In this document: positions 56,334 through 64,000 of the stretch, piece after piece
Numbering within the stretch: the stretch's first letter is position 1
Layout: each line of letters begins with the position of its first letter
Assembly (NCBI GenBank): GCA_000320545.1
Contig: ADNK01003348.1
Location: 1 to 64,000, forward strand
DNA from: Bigelowiella natans CCMP2755
Taxonomy: Eukaryota > Protista > Cercozoa
DNA length: 64,000 nucleotides
Direction of reading: 5' to 3'
Program-made: the position numbers and the translations under genes
Notes under the pieces: model-generated
The model's database searches: none
Told to the model about the DNA's origin: nothing
Seen by the model: only the letters and a program-made list of their open reading frames with translations

Positions 56334-57203
56334 CTAATCTCGCACCACCCCAACTACATCTGCGAACTTCGGTCCGCTCGGCGCATTACTAGTCTTCATG
56401 TTTGCCTCGTTAATATAATACTGATCCCCGCGATGACGTCCAGAAAGGGGAGGGGACTGCAGGATATCCACGACGTGTTCTCCTAGAAGTCTCACCGGGT
56501 AAAATAGCGCCTTTCTTCCTTTGGGGCTGGCCCCTTCCGAGTGCGCAAACCTCTTCGCCAGGATGACCGCGGTCTCCCGGAAGGTGTACAGACCGACAAT
56601 GAAGGTGCTCACCATCGCTAGGAACGCGACGTAGGCATCCGCGTATGATCCGAGAGAATTGTTCCAGATGCGAAAAGCGCTCGTCGCGCTCGCGCCGGCG
56701 AGGAAGGAGCACAGGCTCAGCTCGGGGTTGAAACCGTACCCCACCCCCAAGGCCGAGGCTGCGGCGTGCACCACGGACCCGAAAGCGGAAACTAGAAGGG
56801 CGCCGACCCACAACAGCATCCAATGAAAGCTGAGAGGGTAGATCATGAGGAATACGAACGCAATCAAAGCTGGAGAGTAGGAAATGCCTGAGGCGACCAC
56901 GATGCCGTGCGAACCGCCTACCTTGCAGCTCACATAGTCCCCTCGAAGAACCAAAGCCTTCAGGACTGTTCTCATGTGTGCCACACGGGTGGATAGATTC
57001 GGGAGGCTGCGCTGCATCTTTTCTTGCTTCGCGTGTGAGAGGAACAGCTCTGAGGCGACTTTGTTGTTGTTGTGATTGTTACTGTGGCGCTTCAAGCTGT
57101 CTATGCTGGTATCAACGTTACTGTAGTCGTGAATTCCAGAGGATAAGGAGGGGGATGCGGAGGAGGAAGAGGAGGTGCAATGCACGCCTTCAGTGGTTTT
57201 CAT
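56334..57203 (-). CDS. Multi-pass membrane protein, weakly CDF/ZnT-like; possibly decayed
   Basis: Several hydrophobic helices and an ADAYVAFLAMVSTFIVGLYTFRETAVIL segment resembling the last CDF helix. Canonical metal-binding H/D motifs are not clear. Confidence 0.4.
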   Translation of the reverse strand: MKTTEGVHCTSSSSSASPSLSSGIHDYSNVDTSIDSLKRHSNNHNNNKVASELFLSHAKQEKMQRSLPNLSTRVAHMRTVLKALVLRGDYVSCKVGGSHGIVVASGISYSPALIAFVFLMIYPLSFHWMLLWVGALLVSAFGSVVHAAASALGVGYGFNPELSLCSFLAGASATSAFRIWNNSLGSYADAYVAFLAMVSTFIVGLYTFRETAVILAKRFAHSEGASPKGRKALFYPVRLLGEHVVDILQSPPLSGRHRGDQYYINEANMKTSNAPSGPKFADVVGVVRD

Positions 57204-57424
57204 CGCGCCACATCGAGTGGCGATTTGAGGTGGTGGGAGGAGGGGGAAAGAGTGGATATGTAATCTGTAAGAACGAGATGCTTTTTCACCCTGCGACAAC
57301 GTGAACAGAAAATAGTTTTTTGGTTGTTTTGCAGGACAATTCTGCATGGGATTTCGTGTTTTGTTTTGTCGTAACTGTTGGATGTGGCCTTGCTGCCGGA
57401 AACAAATTCATTCTTCAAGAATCG

Positions 57425-58480
57425 ACATGACACGCCCCTCTAGCCTTGTCCACCTGCTTGAAAGCTTGTCAGCAGTGCTTGCAGCACACCTTGTTGGTGT
57501 GCCGAATGGCATGAACACGAACTAGACGAATCTTGAATCTTGAATCTTAAATCTTGAATGACACTGCAAGTGTCTTGCAACACTTTGGAAGTGTGGTTTT
57601 GCTTCATCATTGTTCATTGTTCATTGTTCATTGAATGAAGTCCCTCATTCCAACATTGCTAGGTCGAATGGTGCACGTTGTCCAGTTGTCTCTGCGCGTG
57701 CACGCGTGGAACAACGCGGTGAGTGGGCAGATGAGCCACTTTTGCAGTTCGAGAGTTGCTGATTGATCTGGCACAACCATGATGAAGTGATCATCAATCA
57801 GTGGTTGTTCAGTGGAAATCATCGGAGAAGCTTGTTTTCGGAGAATTGAGTCGCAGCAGGGCACTTGAAGGCTCAGTTTTGGAGTTGTTGCCACGCTTTC
57901 AGCTGGATTCCTGACACCACCATCTTGTTGGAGTCCAATCACACCTGTGAAATTGCTTCCTTCGTTCACTCATCCAAATCAACTAGCCAATGATGATCAC
58001 ACATGTGGGTTGCATGCACATGCATCTCGCCTCACAAATCTCTGGACTTGACGACGTGCAAAAGTGAAGTGATCTTTTGTCTTGCCCAGTTGTGTGTGCT
58101 TGATCGAAACGTCATTGCATGAGCCTGGTCTCCCCCTAATCTTGCTAGCTTGCACCGATTGCACACAATGCATCGCTAGATCGCATCTAGACATCGTGTG
58201 TATATGTGCGCACACGCTGCATCTGCTAGCTAGCTAGGCCCGAGCAGCATGATGTGATTTGTCTTGATTGTGCGTTTCATCATCCGCTGAGCCAAACTGA
58301 AGAACGTGCACGTAGTCTTGCTGACTTTCATCAGCGTCCCCACGCACGCATGCATCGCAATGAATTCGTGTGTGCGTAAAACATGCGTGATCACACTGCA
58401 GACACATGCAAGCAAGTGTCTAGATGCACCTGTCTGTGACTAGACTGCATGCATGCTTCTCGTTTCATCGTTGAAGACCG
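57425..58480. mobile_element. Second TpA-depleted repeat relic, related to the 23-26 kb block
   Basis: The reverse complement of 57562-57631 (AATGAACAATGAACAATGATGAAGCAAAACCACACTTCCAAAGTG..CAAGACACTTGCA) matches ~23315-23350 and ~23766-23805. Residual TpA is mostly CTAG. Confidence 0.6.
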
Positions 58481-58671
58481 TGCACATACATCATGTTTAT
58501 GCCTAAAGATTTAGATAAGTATAGAGATGCATCCATGTCTTCGTTTCACAGTAAATTATTTATCAATAATTAACACTGTCAAGAGCTGGTGTGATGACAA
58601 TCAGCAGAACTCCACTAAAGATAAGTTGCTCGGCGGTGCAGGGCATATCCTGAAATGCTGTTAAACATTAT

Positions 58672-58735
58672 CAGAAAACAGCCTCACGCCGCGAAAAAGC
58701 TATGTTTCCCTTCTTCAACTTCACTATCTGCTCAT
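58672..58735 (-). promoter_or_regulatory. Weak SECIS candidate in the thioredoxin reductase 3' region
   Basis: Minus strand GUGA-13 nt-AAA..UGAG with a GU-rich ~10 bp helix. Spacing and pairing are marginal. Confidence 0.2.
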
Positions 58736-59201
58736 TCCTCATATACCCAAAACAAACGTCATCAGCTTCCTCGTAGCATGGTAGTAAGAGTAGTTACAGT
58801 AATATTTTGCAGAATTCAAATTATTCTTAGCAATACACACTACACACGAACAACGCGGGAGAGCTAATTCAGATTTTTCCTTTCTCCCCTCCCAATGCAG
58901 CCACCTGCAAGCACCAAATCAAATATAGCATCGGGTGATCGACAGAAGTGAGACGCATCACCATTAAGGATGGGATTCGAAAACTTCCTTTTGACGGAAT
59001 GCGCCATAGAACAAGAGGGGGGAGAAGAACTTTATTCATATAACCGTTGTTGTATCGAATGTCCACTGCTCTTACTACTACTATACTACTACTCGCTATT
59101 AAGCCGATGGCAATTTGCATCTGTAGTAATCTAGACCAACAAATAATCGTGCTCACTACAACTGATACCGAAATCGATCGGCTTATCACTTGGGACGGGT
59201 C

Positions 59202-59314
59202 TTAGCCTCAGCAGCTTGTTTTTTCAGGGTCTTTCCCTGAAGCTTTTGTCACCTCCAATCCTACGACTTCCTCCGCACTCTGGTAGAAGAGGGAGGGGGT
59301 TTCGGTCGCGAGGA

Positions 59315-59354
<40 letters not shown>

Positions 59355-59437
59355 CAGTGTCATCAGATCAGCTGACAACAACGCAGACGAAATCACAATC
59401 AAGCCTGCATGTGTATTAAAATACATGTTGAATTATA

Positions 59438-59477
<40 letters not shown>

Positions 59478-59565
59478 ACTGCTTTCCATGTTACCGTTGG
59501 GTGAATGCCCACCGCAGACACTAGATCGCAATACCGCATTCCCATATTATACGCAACAGAGAAGC

Positions 59566-59604
<39 letters not shown>

Positions 59605-60216
59605 CGTGTTCTGAGTAATGCTCTCAGCCTCCAACTTCCATCGCTATTGTGCGGTACCCAGCGGGTAAACAACTGCAAGTCTACGCTTGCATCACGAGTG
59701 TAAATATAGATATATCGAGCGGGATCTGATGAGGCAGCACCTTGCATGATCTCCCCCGCGTGCGGGCCAGTAATGTGAAGTCCCAGGACACGTTCTTCGT
59801 CATTCTTATCAACGATGCACTTGACATACCCCCGAGAAGAATGATCCTCAGCTCCAATTTCAGAGGACGATCCCCCCGCCGTTTCGAGCTAGACGTATTC
59901 ATTCGTAAGGATCAAAACCAGGATAGGACGAAGGGGGGGAGAGTGGCATGATTCCGATTCTCAGATCTTACCAGTGACCATTCGAGGGGCTTGAAGTAGC
60001 AATGATAAACCTAGAGAGATTGTAATGATGATGATGATGATGATGATGATTGAGAGGCTGCTGGTGGCAATGATGATGGTGCAGTATTTCACGATTCATC
60101 AATAACGCTAGGATGCTAGTTAACGATGCGTGTATATCATATGTACATCGATGTTGTCTTCTCCTATCTCCGCTGCCGCCTCTTCCTCACTAAGATGTCA
60201 TTAATACATTAAAAAG

Positions 60217-60264
<48 letters not shown>

Positions 60265-60327
60265 GCGTCGGTTAACGGAAAAAAAGCTCTTGCCGTTTGT
60301 GACTCAAAGTCGTCGTGTGAGATTTCA

Positions 60328-60365
<38 letters not shown>

Positions 60366-61047
60366 ACACACGCATCGTAAAGTATATGAGCTCTGCATCG
60401 TCTCCTCACCTCTTTCCTATGCAAGCATACTCAAGGGGCGTGAAGACGGTGGTTGCGATCTGAAGAAACTAGCATTAGCAGCAAGACTAGATCGGCTGAA
60501 AGACTAGCGAGTTGGAGTGAAGGAAGGAGAGGGAGCGGGGGGGGGGGAAGTACTTACCCCCTCGTAGTTACAAGGCCGGAGCAGTTGTGATTTTGATGAT
60601 GATGATGATGATATCGATGATGCATCTCCCATTTGATCCCCCCCTCCGCTAAACAATCGATGCACCAGAGACCGTCCTCCTTTAACAACAACATCAACAA
60701 AAACAACAACAAGCGATAAGCTAGTAGAAATATGAAGGCTCTCACATCCATATTAGGAAGTAGTAGTAGTAGTAGTAGTAGTAGTTGTATTAGCATTATT
60801 AGTGATATCTCTTTCTTTCTCTTTCTCTCTCTCTCCCTCCCTCCCCTCCCCCCCCCCTACTCCTTCCTCGAGTGAGCGACCAGCTATGGCAGCTGGGGTT
60901 AGCTCTGGGCGTCCCTCTGCAGCATCCCCCACAGCATAAATCCCCTCAACCGAAGAACGATCAAACTACAAACACCAGGCACCTCATATATTAACGGATA
61001 TACATACGAATCTTGATGTATTTGCCTACCACCATATCCACTTCATT

Positions 61048-61078
<31 letters not shown>

Positions 61079-62789
61079 ATAACAACAATGACGACGATGA
61101 CAGAAACAGCATCAGCAGCAAAGAGCAGCAATGAGCTGCAGCGTTTATGGAAAACAATGAGGAACTTAAGAGATATTATGACGACGAGTGAGAGCACCTC
61201 ATCTACGACGACTTTCTTGGAATCAGAATTCAGCACAACGCCAGCAGATTCCAACCCTGAGAACAAAGCAGCAGCAGCAGTAGAAGAAGAAGAAGAAGAA
61301 GCTGTGATGATAATGATGATAATGATGATGATGATGATGAAACGATAAATTGACAAGGAGGTCGCCATTTACCAGGCACGTTTTCGTGTAGGAGTACATA
61401 CGCGGTTTTGATTCTTAACGGATGTATAATTATGCGTATTTTTTGTTTGTATATATATATAAATATATATATATATATGTGTTTGTGTGTGCGTGTGTGT
61501 GTGCGTGTAGCTTTATAAAAGAGCGACTGTCATGTGACGATCTCCACTGCTTTGCATTGTATTGAAGACCCATTCACAACACAAACACATGGGCGTGCAT
61601 ATATATATGTAGTGATCTCAATAGTTTACATCTATGTTTCGAATACGGACTACCCACATATAGATCGGAGTTGTCGTAGTAGTATTAATTGTAGTAGTAG
61701 TAGCAGTAGTAGTACCCAGGCCTTCAGTGTTGGGATAACGGCCGATCTGAAATCACACCAAAATGTGCACGTGTTTGCGCGCGTGTGTTTGTCTGTGGGG
61801 CAGCAGTCGAAATGAGCGTGTGCTCTCTTAATGAATGAAGGACCGCTAGTAGGACAGTGTCAAAGTGTTCTTCTTTCAGCACTCCTCCTGCGTCTTCGTC
61901 GTGTTGGAGATATCGTACGGTTAGCCTATGTGTCGGTTTCGGACGATCATAGATGATGATGATGATTGTAATGATGATGATGATGGCGATGTTGATGTTG
62001 GTGATGATTGATAATGATTGATGGTGATGATAATGGTGATGATGATGATAATGATGATGATAATGATGATGATGATGATGATGAACAGCATAGAAGACCA
62101 AGTCAGCTACCAAGAAATGACAGCATTCCCCATACAATCCTATCCCCAACTGCAGCATATAGTCCATGCTGTCTGCATCTTACCGGTCAAAACCGCTTGT
62201 GCTTTTGCCAGTTCCATCCGCCTCCACTCCTTCACCGCCCCCCCCCTCCTGCTTGAGCTCCTGGGGCTGAGACTTAACAACTTCCGTCGGGGTTGTGTTG
62301 GTGAGAAACCTTGTCCCGCTGTGCGCCATATGCTCTACCACCTCTCTTGCCATATCTTCATCATATCAACAGATATCATAGGTCACAGCGATGATGAAGT
62401 GCATGGAGCGGAGGGGGGAGGCGAGTTGGATTTGATAGTAATACAATTCATCAACATGAGCGCAAGCTATTCTTCAGTAAGAACGGGTTTATGAAATAGT
62501 GTATCTACATACACGAGGTGGCACTCCTATATTCTCCTGTTTTCTTCTCATCCTTTCTTTTGTTGTTGTTACTGGCAGTGGTGCTGGTGGGGGTGGTGCC
62601 GATGCCTAACCTCGATCGAAACCGCGCAGAAACACGTCAGATCTGGCCATTACTGTCGTGGGGTACCTTCGTTATATGGCTCGGGTGAATGAATGGCTGA
62701 GCACCACGGTGACTTACCAATATAGTGGATGGTAAATTCCTCAAATCACTGCTAGGTCCTCCTCACAGACGTAGGATCTTTCTCTATCT

Positions 62790-62835
<46 letters not shown>

Positions 62836-63627
62836 CACTCTCTCTTCCAACGTCAGTACCGCCATGGTGTGTTGTTGCAACAGATCAGTATTACCCCATT
62901 TGTGTGAGGAAACCTGCACACTCAAGAGCGACGTATGAAGCTCCAATGACAAGGCAGGATCCAGGCTAAGAATGATGATGATGATGGTGACGATGATGAT
63001 GATGGTGATGATAGGAAACACGATTGAAAAGCGTATCACTGCAAGCTGCGAAATCATTAAAATAATGAATTGCTGAAAATGAAATGCTCTACAGAATGGC
63101 CGCTACCTCCTCCTTCATTGAGAAGATGTCGTCGGAAGTGATGCAGTGCTCTCTTCCCCCTGGAATGTCAACCAGCTTTGGCCGCCCCCCGACTGCACAA
63201 ATGCGGGGGCATTTTGCCATTCGTCAATTTTGAGACGGGGGAGGGGAAGGGGCGGTCGTTCGTTTTCGATAACAAGTTGTGAAAGGCATTGTCCGCTTTA
63301 CATCGTGTGATCTAATTATGCATGTTCATCCTACCGGCAAGCAGGATATGATCTGCTTTCAACTCACGCTCGGAGCCATCGGCAAAACGTGCTTTCACCA
63401 CCCCTGAAACGCAAAGGAGAAGGAGAACGAGAAGTGAGGCCGAGAGAGGGGGCGGCGGGGGAGGGGGGGGAGCTGTGCAGAAGAAAGAGAAGAAGAAGAA
63501 GAAAAAGAAGAAGAAGAAGGGGTAGTTCTAAAAGGTAATGTGGGAGAGTAGGCAAGAAGATAAGAGGTGACTCGCAAGCCTCACTCGGCGTCATTAGGAC
63601 GCTAATAAATCACATATACACACACAA

Positions 63628-63683
<56 letters not shown>

Positions 63684-63950
63684 GTGAACCACAACTTCTG
63701 GCACCACTACTAGTAGCACCTTTTCTTTGGATCGTGCCTTTAGCATTAATGTACTTAACGCCCTCTTTCATAAGCGCCGACTGCCGGTGCAGCAGTAAGT
63801 AAATAAGCTTCGTATAAAATACGCATTGCTGCGCAACTATATCAGAATGATGACGACAATGAATACTGCTGCTACTGCTACGGCTACTAATACTAATACT
63901 ACTACCTTATACCCAAAGTTGATGGACTTTATGTGCGTCTTTTGTGACAA
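59202..63950 (-). CDS. TXNRD: High-Mr thioredoxin reductase, selenoprotein (C-terminus SCUG); 5' part lies beyond the window end
   Basis: Exons: THIKSINFGYK, VGGRPKLVDIPGGREHCITSDDIFS, LVIGASYVALECAGFL, FLRGFDR, FDTVLLAIGR, IYAVGDAAEGRPELTPAAI, TTVFTPLEYACIG, VLGLHITGPHAGEIMQGF, VGIHPTSAEE. Ends AGC TGC TGA GGC TAA (TGA 59208-59210, TAA 59202-59204). Confidence 0.93.
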
Positions 63951-64000
63951 AAAAGAGCGCAATCAGTTACGTAGACGACACCGATTCAGCTGTTTTATCA

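Noticed and set aside
63364-63594. ORF resembling a signal peptide plus LRFRGG (ubiquitin-like cleavage motif)
   Set aside because: It is a pyrimidine-rich intron read into the wrong frame of the TrxR exon VVKARFADGSERELKADHILLA.

Overview
Eukaryotic nuclear DNA from an intron-rich protist. Introns are full of microsatellites and splice sites are degenerate; a chlorarachniophyte/rhizarian-like alga is my inference and cannot be proven from this window. Genes reconstructed by hand from exons: an ankyrin-repeat protein (-), a SAM-SAM/ABC-F ATPase (+), an Asp/Asn beta-hydroxylase pseudogene (-), a large receptor (signal peptide, 8-blade hypervariable beta-propeller, mucin stalk, REJ, GAIN/GPS, 7TM; +), a TIGR04283-like GT2 glycosyltransferase (-) head-to-head with intronless ALG2 (+), a C2H2/low-complexity protein (-) head-to-head with intronless eIF6 (+), a CAMK-group kinase (-) head-to-head with threonine dehydratase (+), a weakly CDF-like membrane protein (-), and a selenocysteine thioredoxin reductase ending SCUG (-, 5' end outside the window). 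The most striking signal is non-genic. Two repeat-derived blocks (~22.9-26.05 kb and ~57.4-58.5 kb) are almost free of the TpA dinucleotide, with none at all in 24023-26051. Surviving TpA is mostly in CTAG, and paralogous copies differ CA vs TG at the same sites. This looks like a repeat-targeted TpA->TpG/CpA (A-to-G) hypermutation process, the mirror image of fungal RIP. The second highlight is the receptor propeller, whose near-identical repeats vary only at a few codons. All counts and exon boundaries were read by eye and need computational confirmation.
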